Source: the human T2T-CHM13v2.0 reference genome, Homo sapiens. From it: 64,000 bases of DNA. The translations under genes were made by a program, and so were the position numbers. Below the pieces are notes generated by a model. It was not told the origin of the DNA. It saw only the letters and a program-made list of their open reading frames with translations, and did not search any database. Within the stretch, counting starts at the first letter, position 1, and each line of letters opens with the position of its first letter. Location of the stretch: the NCBI RefSeq assembly GCF_009914755.1, contig NC_060932.1. One strand, given 5' to 3'. Positions 30,311-46,019 of this stretch are shown piece after piece.

Positions 30311-31431
30311 TGTGCAAAGCATTTTTGAAGATGACAGCTGCAGATTTCACATGAGTTAGGGCTATTTTGAGAGTGTACCTGTTCAATATGCGTTAAGGTG
30401 AAGTCGAGGAACTTACGTGGGAGCTCACAACACCTCGAGTCACATGCACTTGACTACCTAGTCAGTGTGACTTGGCATTCTGCAGGACTTTCAATGGTAC
30501 TCCTATGCCTTGTGATGGATCAGGAGCAAGTGTTTTCTCTCATTGCCCCTGATAAAGTTGTGGAGGCCACAATGCGGTGAGTTATAAAAGTATTTTACTG
30601 TTTCCTCACAGAGAGGCTTGTACCATTACTGAAAGAAGGTCCAGTGCATCTTAGAGCAGCTCTCACCTTCCAGGTGTTTTTCACCAAGCACTTACATGCA
30701 TAGAAAGGCCACACGGCATGAAGATGGCAACAGATTTTTCAAATGTTTTCTGTTGAACTGGCACTTTTCAAGGTGGACACAATAGCTTCTCATTCACATA
30801 TTCATATATGGTGCCAATTATTTTCTATTTTCAGAAAGAATAGAAGAGTTTAAACATTCCATTAAACAGAGTATATAATAGAATAAAGTGAAGAGTAAAG
30901 GCTAATTTTTCTCTTTTTCTCTTAACTCCAAAACTTATAAACAAATACACTGTACAAAATGATCCATCATTGGCATTGCACCAGACACATAACAGATATC
31001 TATATCTATTTGTAAGTAGCCTCTGACTTGTAACATGTCTTAGTCTGGCAGACATGTGAAACAAGAATACCTACAAATATTTTACAAATGCAAATAACTG
31101 CATACCAATATATGTAAGGGTGATATTCAAAATTATAACAACCATGTGACCAGGACACCCATAGGTCTGATCATATACTGGTGATCAGTATGTGGCAGGC
31201 TAGGTATAATCCTTGAATATATGAATTTCAGATGCTGAGACTCACTGAAATTGAGCTGGGAAGATGAAATGTTCTAGATGCATCAGTGCAGTCTCATTGA
31301 AGAGAAAAGGCTTTGACTTGGGTGGTGCATAATGAGAATATGTTTTGGCAAAGGACTGAACAAAGGTTGTTTCAAACAAGAAGCCAGCGCAGCGGAAGAT
31401 TAAGGTGTAGGCAACCAGGAAGCTAAACTTA

Positions 31432-31747
31432 TTCTTTTCTCTCTCTTTTTTTTTTTTCTTTTTTTGAGACGGAGTCTTGCTCTGTCACCCAGAGGCGTGC
31501 AGTGGTGCAATCATGTCTCACTGTAGCCTCGAACTCCTGGGCTCAAGTGATCCTCCCACCTCAGCCTCCCCAGTAGCTGAAACTACAGGTATGCCCATCG
31601 TGCCTGGCTAATATTTTAAAAATTTTTTGTAGAGACAGGGTCTTGCTTTATTACCCAGGTTGGTCTTGAACTCCTGGCCTCAAGCAAGCCTCCCACTTCA
31701 GTCTCCCAGAGTGCTGGGATTACAGGCGTGAGCCACCACGCCCATCC
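31432..31747 (-). mobile_element. AluJ
   Basis: gcctcgaactcctgggctcaagtgatcctcccacc. Confidence 0.93.
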
Positions 31748-32149
31748 AGGATGCTAATTTTAGGTATTACTAGAATATAAGATGTTAGAGAAAATGTTAC
31801 TTATCAGATCTTCTCTCCAGAGGAGAGCATCATATGTTTGGAATGAGTATTTTGATAAGCTGCTTGGCATGTTGGGGTTAAGGGCCTGTAGCATATTCAT
31901 ATTCAAATAATAACACCTCATCTTTGAACTTCCCAGTTTGCTACAGGGCTTTTGTTTTGCTGGCTGGGATACTGCCTCTAGTGACCTTCTTCCCCTTTTT
32001 CCATCCACACCCTCTGTGCTATTCCAGGGCTTAGCCACCCTAAATGCATGTTGAACAAATGTGGAGTTCAATCTGTCCAAGGCTGGGGATCAGGAGGGCT
32101 GTCTGTGGTGGACAGTAATGCTCACAGTGAAGGGAGAGCTCTCCTGAGC

Positions 32150-32500
32150 AGCTCAGGCTTGGTAGAGAAGCACAATATTTGCAATCAAAATACCTGGGCT
32201 CCAGTCCCAGCTCTGCCACTAACTATGCATGTAATCTTGAGTAAGTCAAGAATATGGACAGCTTTTTATTCATCTTGACATCAGTGGAGTTAGCACAGTG
32301 CTGCAGGGCCTGAAGACATTGCATAAATGTTTGTTGAATATATGGCCAAATAAATGAATGACTGCTCTGAATTTTAGTTTCTTCATCTACAAGATAAGAA
32401 TCGATATAACACCTTCTCCCTGAAGAAGGGGTTTTGTTCTAGTTTCTGATTTTTAGATTGAATGAGAGAATACATATGTAAGCGCTATGAAAACCACAAG
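32150..32500 (+). mobile_element. MIR with an embedded L2 tail
   Basis: cctgggctccagtcccagctctgccactaact...; aaatgtttgttgaat; tttcttcatctacaa. Confidence 0.6.
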
Positions 32501-33464
32501 GAACCCTCGAAATTCCAATAGTTTCATGGTCAACCTAGTTATAACGGTAGGTCATGGGGTGTAGAGTCTGCCCATGTTAAGGCTGAATGTGTATCTAAAC
32601 GAGTGTGGATTTTAGAGTTCTGCAGCCCCTGCTTCCAAATTAGAGTTAAGAGGACACATGCCCTACATCCCCAAGCTGGAGAGCACTAAATCTGAAACCA
32701 TCACCAGTACTTTACTGGTTAATGGCAAAATGGGGAAAACCGGGGTGCTGTAATGTATTTTTTCATAAAGATACTTATACAGAAAATTGAGGACAATCCT
32801 TTTTTTCTGAGATTATGTTCTTTATTAGTATTTTGATTTCAATATGTTCTTTTAAAAATGAGATTATGTTAACGGTAGATATCTATTTTCAATCTCCTTA
32901 TCTAGCAAATAAGAAGATGGCAACTATCTATAACTCTTTCAATATATTTTTAGTTTTATTTATCCCTAAACCCTCAAGTTCAGGAACTACTATCCTAAAA
33001 GAGTTCCAGATGGACATACAGAAATTTGGGTTTCCTGCTTCAGCATCATTGTCTGATCCTTCAATCTGCTAGAGTTTGGCAGTCATTTCTAGAAAGAGTT
33101 CAACATTCTATAGGCAAAAATAAACTATATAAACCCCTTTTGGGGTGTTGTTCTAATGAAACAGTGAGAGACCAAGAAATTTTTTTTTTTTTAGTTTTTG
33201 TTGGAGTTTTGACATATCTTGCTAACAAAGTAAATGGATATGAAGTCTACTCCTAAACAAAATGAAAGCACCAGTTGAAATATGAATAAATGAAATTGTT
33301 TGTAAAATTTCAGAGCTGGTTTAATGAACAGAGTAAAATGGGATGTCTGTTTTAACTCAACTACTTTGGCATTTTCCACCTCTTTGCCTTTTCCAAGATA
33401 ACTTTTAAAGGACTAGTTTTGACTAGGTTGGGTAGATTTTAACGAGATTGGTATCAAATTATAG

Positions 33465-33787
<323 letters not shown>

Positions 33788-34899
33788 TGAGTCAGTTCAA
33801 AAACCAAGATTTAAGCATTAAAGAAGCCATTAAGAATTTGGAGGTGGAGCCACCTTATTTTTCGTTAAGTTTTCAATTAAATGTTTTATGGGGGTAGAAG
33901 TTATAGGAGTATTCGTCTGCACTGTCTTTGAATCCTTTGTTATTTTCAGGCCATTCTGTTATTTCCAGGTCTTATGCCTCCTAATTCTCTTTTATGATAG
34001 TTTGTCTCTTCATATGGTTTGCAATTTTTTATTATGAGCTCATCGTTAGAAAGTTCTTTCCTCCTGAGGAGGTTCTAGGGATCTGGCAGAGGTAAATTGT
34101 CTCCACAAGGCAGTTTTATATCAATATCTACTAATGCCCCAGGGTTTTCGATGTCCCTGTGCTAATTTTTATTCAGCTGAGGGGTCTGCCCCCCAACAGA
34201 TAGTATAAATTTGGCCTCTAATGTGCATGTTCAGACCTGTATTTTCAGTGGTTCTTAACTGACTTTTGGTTACTCAAAACAAGCTCAAACCAACTGCCTC
34301 TCTGGGCTACTCTTTGAGTTTCCACTTGTTATTTTTTATGACCCTTTGTCACTATTGAGCTACCATTTATTGAGTACTTACTATGTGCCAGATCTTTGGC
34401 AGACACCGTTCTATAAAGACCCCTCTGCTCTACCCACTGGGCAAATATCAGTAGGCTCCACTCATTTCTTGTACCTGTCCTTACCACTATTTTAAAGGCA
34501 TTGTTTACTTCAGGCCATTATAGCCATAAGAAAAGGATTTGCTGAGAACAACTGAACCTGCACTTTGGAATTAATATATGCAGCATAACCGTTTAGCTAT
34601 TTACACATGGTAGGTCATGGGGTGTAGGATGGTATATAGTGTGATTCTAATATTGACACCCAGTCATTTCCCACTAAGATTTAAGAGAAACCCTTAGTCC
34701 AGAGTTACTAGAGTCGTGTGTCATGCTATAGTCTGTCTCCATTTCCATGATTCGTGCTGCTCTACCTGGATAAAGTTTGGACTGATAGCTTTAGCATTAG
34801 AATATATGTATATGATTTGCAAAGGGTTTTTTGTTGTTCTCACTGCAGTGGTTCAACACTCAGGTACTGAAGTGCGTTAAATGATTTGCCATTTTCCAA

Positions 34900-35270
34900 A
34901 CTCTCCATTCTTCTCAGTCTTTGCACGTGGAATTTCTCTACCTGGATTCCCACCCTAACCTTTCTGTCTGACAACCTCCTATATTCCCTTTAAGACCCAG
35001 TTCAAATGGAGCCTCATTTGTGATACCCACCCTCAGTCTCCAGCGAATCCATTCTTCCTCTCCACTCCCAAAGTGCTTTCTGCATAATCACAACAGGATT
35101 CCAAGTATTTGCAGTTATGTCTATTTCTCCCATTAAATATGAGCTCCCTTGAAGGAAGGGAATGTGTTTATCATTTCTGTATGTGTATCATTTCTGTATC
35201 TTCAGCAAGTAGAAGTACTTGGCACGTAGCAAGTGATCAAGAAATGATTGGGGGAGTAAATAAATAAAGG
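34900..35270 (+). mobile_element. L2 3' region
   Basis: tccctttaagacccagttcaaatg...tgagctcccttgaagg...tggcacgtagcaagtgatcaagaaatg. Confidence 0.65.
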
Positions 35271-36669
35271 CTAATTGTTTCTCTTTCATCAACTGTGTTT
35301 CTATGTTTCTGGTTATTTCCACTTGTTTTTGTTATTATATAAACATGCGTAATGCAGGAAGTACTGGGGATATGTCTCTTCTACCATGTCACTGCTGATG
35401 ACTTTTGCAAAATGCCCATGAATGCCTTCCACAAAACAACCTTCTGCAACTATGGTGGAGACAGTTTTATAGAATTTATCAATTTGGATGAAGGTCTCTG
35501 GCCGTTTAACTGTCTCATGCTCATGACTCATGGTTAAACTCATAAGAGCCCCTGTGATCCCAGTCAAAGGCTGGAGCAGATGAAATCTATGACACACCCC
35601 ATTAAGAGCTGCTGAGTTATACACATCATTCCAGGAGGCCCTGAAGCCTAGCAGCACTTTCAGCTTCTAAATACCTCACTACACTGAACACCACTGCACA
35701 CCACTCTAGCTTTCCTATGCATGGGGCACAGCTGAAAAGCTGTCAAAACGGAATGATGCCCTGGAACTCTGGAACTCTGCTGACACACTCAGAGAAACAG
35801 ATGACAAGATGTGGAAGAAAGACTTGATTTTGATTTTTGCTTTATAAACTCAGCAAATTGGGCAAAACAGCAAATGTCAGGTTCTATCTCTGGTTCACTC
35901 CTGGCAAACCCATGTTTTGTGATTCTGTAATGCCTCACATGGTTATACGACTTCTTTTCCAAAATGATGTCATTTTGGAGATGGGCTTTCATCCTGATCA
36001 TATAAGGGGAACAGATGTTGACTTGGTTGCACAATCCTTGCCTTTGCAAATAGGAATCAGGGTTCCATGTTTTCTTCACATTTATCTTTGTTTGGGTTAT
36101 TTAATGCTGAGTCCATGCCTTGTCTACTCATCCCTCTACTGTTCTTTCTTTTCTTGATAAGACAATAATGAAAAGTGGACAAACTTAGAAACAAATATAG
36201 GCCAGACGTTAAAAAATATTTTTTTTAAGTAGACAAGCTATGAGTTATGTTGTTAGTAATATGGTTCTTTCTACATTGTTTTCTCTCTTTTCTATAGTTT
36301 GGTCTTATATTCTTAGTTACTAGGCAGAATTATAAACTCAGAGTTTGGAGGGCCTCGTACAACTTTTCTATCAGATTGTTCTCCCACTTCTGTTGGAATG
36401 CCTCCTCGACAGGCAACTTAACTATCCAGAAAAGCAATATAGTATATGAGATGTTGCTGGTCTCAGAGACAGGGGATCTAGATTTGAGTCTTGATGCTGT
36501 GATTTGCTGTTATATATTCTTACCCTCTCTGAACCCTGGTTATTTAGTTTGTGAAATGGGGCTAATAAAACATTCAGTTCAGGCTGAAGGTAGGCTAGGA
36601 TAGCAGTGCCATGGAGTCAACACAGAGTAAGATGAACCAGGGTTGCTGCCAACGCCCAGCACCTGCTAA

Positions 36670-36680
36670 GTGACTCAGCA
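36670..36680 (+). promoter_or_regulatory. Consensus ARE / AP-1-MAF motif
   Basis: GTGACTCAGCA, exact match to RTGACTCAGCA. Confidence 0.35.
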
Positions 36681-36829
36681 GAGAAGCCAGTCCCAGGAGG
36701 GCAGCCTAAAGTGTGCCTGAGGAGTGCAGAGTGACTGGGACTGAGAGGTCCCATCAGGCCAGTTGAGCAGGGATGCAGGGCGAGCCCTTCCTCAGTGGCT
36801 ACTTAGGAAACAGGAGGCAATAGTAGGTG

Positions 36830-38475
<1,646 letters not shown>

Positions 38476-38996
38476 TGTGAAACATTTTTAAATGGTGATG
38501 GTGAGGGACATGTGTCTGGAGAAGCTCCCCATGTAGTAGGAAATAGAAAAATATTAACAAGCAAGGTAAGTTAATGGGGAAAAGAAAGGCTTTTAAACAA
38601 AGGGTGCTAAAATAACTAATGGGGAAAAAACTTCAACAAATCTCAACCTTTATTTTACGCCACACACAAAAACTAAGATCTGTCATAGCCTTGAATACAA
38701 AAGTTACAAACATAAGCTTCTAGAAGAAAACTTAGGACTAGAAAAACTTTTGTGACTATATTTTAGGCAAAGATTGCTTAGACAAATCTTAGGGCCAAAA
38801 AAAAGCACTAAGCATAAAAGAAAAACATTGGACTTAATCAAGATCAACCATTTGTGCTCATCAAAAGACATTATTAAGAAAATAAAAGGCAAACCACACC
38901 TGAATGAGATCTTCACAATATATATATCTGATTAAAAAACACTTTTATCTAGGTAATACAGAGAACTCCTATAATTCAATAATAAAAAGACAAGCA

Positions 38997-39398
<402 letters not shown>

Positions 39399-39972
39399 TC
39401 AGCTTCACTGAACAAAGACAAGACAAATTAAAACTACAATGAAACACCACTTCGTGCCCATGAAAATGGCTAAGATTAAGAAAATAGCTAGGATTCGATA
39501 ATACTAAAGTTTGGCAAAGATGCAGGGCAACTGGAACTCTCCTACGTTACTGGCACAGCCATTTTGGAAAATTATTTTTCAATTTCTTGTAATGTTAGAT
39601 AAACATTTTTTTCTGTTATGATACAGAAATTCCACTTCAAAATATTTACTCAAGATTAACAATAGAAAGTAGAAGGATGGTTACCAGAGGCTGGGAGGGG
39701 TGGTGGGTGTAGTTGGAGCTGGGGAAGGTGGGATGGTTAATTGGTACAAAAAAAAATAGTTAGAATGAATGAATAAGGCATAGTATTTGATAGCACAACA
39801 GGGAGCCTATAGTCAATAGTAATTCAATTGTACATTTTAAAATATCTAAAGGAGTATAATTGGATTGTTTCTAACACAAAAGATACATGCTTGAGGGGAT
39901 GGATATCCCATTTTCCATGCTGTGACTATCATGCATTGCATGCCTGCATAAATAAAACATCTCATGTACCCC

Positions 39973-39975
<3 letters not shown>

Positions 39976-40019
<44 letters not shown>
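39976..40019. repeat. (TA)n microsatellite, about 21 units
   Basis: Directly visible. Confidence 0.95.
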
Positions 40020-40026
<7 letters not shown>

Positions 40027-40459
40027 CTACTATTAATAGGTACCCATAAGAATTAAAAATCAAAAATTATTTTAAAAAGATTAATGATAACAAAAGTTTA
40101 TAAAACAATTTATCTATAGTAGCTTTATTCACAATAGCCCCAAACTTAAAACAAATTGTGGTATACATACAATGGAATCTCATTCAGCCATAGAAACAGC
40201 CTACTGATACATGCAACAACATAGATGAATCTTAGAAACATATTGAGTGAAAGAAGCCAGTCACAAAAGACTGTATGCTTTATGACTCTACCTAGATGAA
40301 ATTCTGGAATAAGCAAGACTAAACTATGGAAAGAGAAATCAGAAGAATGATTGCTGCTGGTGTGGGTTCAGACTGGAAAGGGCATGAGGAAACTTTCTGG
40401 GGTGATGGAAATATTCACAGGTGTATTTATTTTAAAAACTCATAGAATTGCACTCTTAA

Positions 40460-40750
40460 TTTTTTTTTTTCGAGACAGAATCTCGCTCTGTTGCCCAGGC
40501 TGGAGTGCACTGGTATGATCTTGGCTCACCACAACCTCTGCCTCCTGGGTTCAAGTGATTCTCCTGCCTCAGCCTCCTGAGTAGCTGGGACTACAGGCGC
40601 ATGCCACCATGCCCTGCTAATTTTTGTGTTTTTAGTAGAGACAAGATTTCACTATGTTGGTAGGCTGGTCTTGAACTCCTGACCTCGTGAGCCACCTGCC
40701 TCAACCTCCCAAAGTACTGGGATTACAGGCATGAGCTGCCGTGCCTGTCC
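40460..40750 (-). mobile_element. AluS
   Basis: Full dimer, ctcctgacctcgtga. Confidence 0.94.
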
Positions 40751-40839
40751 TTAAAATGTATTTTTAAAAAGTTAATTCAAAGAAAGAAATAGCATCACTG
40801 TGCTTTGTTCAGATCACACTTGATATACTGTGTTTAGGG

Positions 40840-41163
40840 TTTTTGTTTTGTTTTATTTGTTCGTTTTTTCTGAGACAGAGTCTTGCTCTGTCGCCCAGGC
40901 TGGAGTGCAGTGACACGATCTCAGCTCACTGAAACCTCCGCCTCCTGGGCTTCAGTAATCCTCTCACCTCAGCCTCCTTAATAGCTGGGACTACAGGTGC
41001 ATGCCACCATGCCTAGCTACATTTTTTTCTTTTTTGTATTTTTTGTAGAGATGGGGTTTTACCACATTGCCCAGGCTGGTCTTGAACTCTTGAGCTCAAG
41101 CCACCCACCCGTCTGGGCCTCTCAAAGTGCTGGGATTTCAGGCATAAGCCACTGTGCCAGGCC
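40840..41163 (-). mobile_element. AluJb-like
   Basis: (GTTTT)n tail; TSD ctgtgtttag. Confidence 0.93.
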
Positions 41164-41184
41164 CTGTGTTTAGTTTTTAAAACA

Positions 41185-41560
41185 ATAAATCTAACTATGT
41201 TCAGATCAAGGTTACCAGGATGAAGAAGGGTCTGGAGACCATGATACATGAAAAAGGCAAGGAACTGGGAAAGTGCAGGATGGAGGGGAGACCAAGAAGA
41301 GTCTGTTCAATCACTGGGAGGGTAGCTGTGTGGTAGCAGGTCTAGATTTATTAGTTGAATCTCTAGAGGGCAGAATTAGGATGAGTGGGTGAAAATTATG
41401 AAGAAGAAGATTTTTCTAAACACCGGAAGATGAGGCTTTGGAGCAAAGCAGAACTTGGACAGTTCATCAGGAAGCTGCTGACAGTCTGAACAAGAGGCCT
41501 GGACCACACATGCTGTGGGGATGGAGCGGACCTTCTTGAGGGGAGAGTGGATTTGAGAAA
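41185..41560 (+). mobile_element. L3/CR1 LINE 3' fragment
   Basis: accaggatgaagaagggtctggagaccatg...aaggaactggg...ctagagggcagaattagg. Confidence 0.65.
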
Positions 41561-41899
41561 TAGCAGGAAGTAGAATTAACCTTAATTGCATATATGAGTG
41601 TGTGTGTAAGAAAGAGAGCAAAAGACAGAGATACAAGGGGGAGCAATGAATTGAGAATGACTCAATAACTAAATCCTATTTTGCCTAAGAAACTCCATTA
41701 ATCACTAGTATGTGTCATATGATTATATGAATCATGATATGGTTTTTAAAATGTGAGACCTTAAAATTGTACAATTATGTCTGACTAAGCAATTGAAATG
41801 GATTTTAAAGAAAATGTGACTGAGTCACAGAACTACTGGAGACAGGAACCAGAAGCCAAACACCCACCTGTCTAACCTTTCAAGGTAACAGGATAAGCT

Positions 41900-42110
41900 G
41901 TTCCCATTCAGTCCCCATCCCATCACCCTATTTTAGTTTCCTGCACTTCCCCCATCTGATATTTTCCTGTTTCCTATTTTATATTGTCTGTTTCTATCTA
42001 CTGGAATATGAGCTCTTAGGAGCAAGGACATTGTGATCTTATTCACTGCTATGTGCTCCGGCTCCTAGAATACTGCCCAGCACAATCAATAATTGAGGAC
42101 TGAATGGAGG
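41900..42110 (+). mobile_element. L2 3' end
   Basis: ctggaatatgagctc...tcttattcactgctat...cctagaatactgcccagcaca. Confidence 0.7.
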
Positions 42111-42207
42111 TTTAAGGCACCTCTCATTTGGTGATGGTTTACTGGTCAGTGGGTAAAGAGGAATGGCAGAAACAGTTGCCGGCATATGTAAGCCATTCAC
42201 AGAAGTT

Positions 42208-42804
42208 GTGGTGAGCATTTTACATGTTCATTTCCTTAAGCTCAACAATCTCATTTCCTTTCCTTTTACATGTTCATTTCCTTAAGCTCACCTTGTATGC
42301 AGTGACACAGGGCCCCCTGACCTCACTTCTTGCTCCCACTGCTGCTGCTGAAACAGATTCCAGACAGGGTTTGATGTAGATTGCAGCTGCAAGAGCACCT
42401 CTCTTTTCCTGTCTGGGGCTCCTCTGACATCAGGGCATGAGATGCCCACAGGAGCCTGCTGGGCACTTTTGCATGTGCAGCCCAGAAATGGGGACTATGG
42501 GGACACTCTTGATCAAAAGGGCACAGGACTCAATGGACAAATGCTTCTCTCTTTAGTAATGGGGTCTGGAAGATCTGAGACTCATTGTATGAGGCTCCTC
42601 AGAAAGTTCTGATAAGATCAGGCACCGCTCCCCCTGTAGCAGGGGCCAGCTTGAGAATGCATCCTGGCATTGACTTTCCCTCTTGCCCAGCTCCTAGTTC
42701 CTCTTCGCTCTTCCTCACCCCTCCCTGGGTCCATTTCCCAAATAAACCACTACATGTAGGCATTTGTCTCAGGCTCTGCTTCCCGAAGAACTCAGGCTAA
42801 GACA
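42208..42804 (+). mobile_element. LTR16-family (ERVL) solo LTR
   Basis: tggacaaatgcttctc; 3' end ttcccaaataaaccact...tgtctcaggctctgcttc...aggctaagaca. Confidence 0.75.
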
Positions 42805-43517
42805 GCAACCTAATTTCATTACTTGAATCTAAAAATGCTTTCTTGTTGTAGAAAACCCACCTATATACAGGTCAAAATCCTCTGGCTCCAAGAAGAATGC
42901 ATTAAATCCTACCATGCCCTTTAAATCACTGGTCCCTTGGAAGTTGTTGAATGAGGCAAACTGGATGAGTGGATCTGGACATGTGGCTCTCAGGTAAAAG
43001 CAGTTATCTTAGGGGTCTCCAGCTACCATCTAATGGGTAATGATCCTACCTGAGATGGGCAGGAGCTGAGGAGCCCGGGAGCCGACTCAATGATCAGGTG
43101 TGAAGGGTGAGTGCAAGGCTGGGGTGTAGGTTGAGGTAAGAGGCCATGAGGCAAAGCTCTGAGGTCACTGTCACAGCGGGGACTGGGGTGCAAGGTAGCC
43201 TGACGTGGAATGGTTCAAGGCAAAGATTGTGAAGAAATCCAGGACACAGAGAACAAGCTGTCGTTGGATGCTGGCCCTAGGTGGCATGTAGACCAGGGGC
43301 TAGAAGGTAACTGCTAGGCTGAATGAGTGGGTCGCATGGAGATTTCTCAACTTCCAGGCAGCGCTCCATACCCACAGCAACCCAAATAAGCAGAATCTTT
43401 GGTGAGAGGAAGCAAAGAAGGCCCTGGGGCTAGAGACAGAGGACAGAGAGTAATCAGCCAAGTTTCCTCCTCTCTGTTAGGGTCTGGACCTCCTTCCCTG
43501 GCTATTTGCTTCTTCCC

Positions 43518-44360
<843 letters not shown>

Positions 44361-44495
44361 CCATCCATTTTTTATGTGTGCTCCTTTTACCAATGTGCTT
44401 GTTTGCACCCCCAAGACTCTCTGCCAACTGACTCACTAAGAAGGTCAATAACCTTTTTGAACTACAGCTCCATGAAAGGAATTAGGGCTGCCACT

Positions 44496-44576
44496 TAGTA
44501 GGTTGGTGCAATTAAATTGCGGTTTTTGCCATTAAAATTAATGGAAAAATTGCAAATACTTTTGCACCCACTAATA
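44496..44576. mobile_element. MADE (mariner-derived MITE)
   Basis: About 80-bp imperfect palindrome taggttggtgca...attgcggtttttgccatta / taatggaaaaattgcaa...tgcacccacta. Confidence 0.85.
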
Positions 44577-45399
44577 AATACATACGACTTGGCCAAAGCT
44601 AAAGAGGTTGACTTCTGGAAGAAGACTGTGAGGAGTTGACCTAAGTGTTTCATTTGTCTCCCTTCTCCACACAATAAAGATCTCAGCCTTGGATGGATTC
44701 AGCTGTGAGTGAGCGCTGGTGTGTATGTCCTCATGATCACAGATGCATAGATTTCAGTACGTTGATGTCACAAATACATAGATTTCAGTACATCGATAAA
44801 TCATTTCAAAAGGGCGGTGTCCCTGTGCCCTCATTTTCATATCCCCTTGTGGAAAGTCTTTCAGCGTACAGTTGGTTATTCATATTTGTTGCCATGTAAG
44901 CACTATCTAGGACAAATTTTTAAAGAATAGAAAAACAGAGGGGAAAAAATAGAAAGGACTTGACACTAGCCAAGCTTAAGGCCAGTTATCTGCATTAAAA
45001 CATACTACTTGTGCTGTGACAGTCTAGGTTGGATGGAAGCCTTTCTGTTTTCTATTGTTGGAATGCCCTCTAGACTAGATTTGGAAATGTTTCACTGTGG
45101 TGGTTATAAGACATCAAGTCATGGCTGGCTTTGATTAGAACTTGTCCTAAGAAATAAATGCCGTTTTAAGCAACAAACATCCCAGAGTTCTCTTTCAGCA
45201 AGCTGTTCTGTTTTGGAAAGTTGACCATGTGTGTCTGAGTACGTAATATGTTTGTGGGGAACAACCTGTGGTCAAGATGGAGACAAGAAATACTAATTCA
45301 AAGCAATGTGCATAGGGATATACAATGTATTAAGAATATTTATGGGCAGTTGGATCTGCTTCCCTCCCACCTTGACCTCTTACTTCAGCTCCTGAGCTA

Positions 45400-45565
45400 T
45401 TACTGTGAGTGCAGCAGCGCCGCTGCAGCGGGAGGGTTTCCCACTTCCTCTGCTGCATCTCCCGGCTGCTGCGAGCGCTCACATCCCTCCCCGGCTGCCC
45501 GCGACTCAGATTTTCCATTGTGGAGGTCACTGACAGTGGAGCAATTAAACAGAAGCGGAATAGCT
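45400..45565. promoter_or_regulatory. Small CpG-rich candidate regulatory element
   Basis: About 9 CpGs in ~90 bp; overlapping kappaB-like, RBPJ (TTTCCCAC) and ETS (CACTTCCT) motifs at 45433-45449. Confidence 0.45.
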
Positions 45566-46019
45566 GAGATATTTAAGTTTCTGTCCATAAATCTTGGTGG
45601 GAACCTTACAAGGGCCTTGCTTTAATTATTTTCTTTCAGAATCCCGAGATCAACAGGAACAACCCTTTGGGAGCCAGCTTGCTATTTGGATTTTTAACTC
45701 CCCTCATCAGTCTTACCAAGTGTTTTAACTGGTGATGGTTTTCATTAGAAAGCTCAATTTGCATCTTGAGGTTTCATGCATATTTTAGTAATGTATGCAG
45801 AAGGAAAATGGCAAAGAGGCATCTAGAATTTTAGCTTCCAGAATTAAAAAAAATTAGTAAACATTACTAGGAAAACTCTTAAGTTTTAAATTCGGTGGTT
45901 TCAAACAAAGCTTCTCTTCTCATCTTCACAAAAATAGTGTCCTTCGGTACCTAATAGTCTATAAAGTGCCTTCATCTACCTGGCATCGTGAGGTATCATC
46001 GTCTTCCAAACATTATTTG

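Noticed and set aside
35313-35657. 114-aa minus-strand ORF in unique sequence
   Set aside because: No recognisable homology or exon structure; length compatible with chance. A BLASTP or PhyloCSF check would settle it
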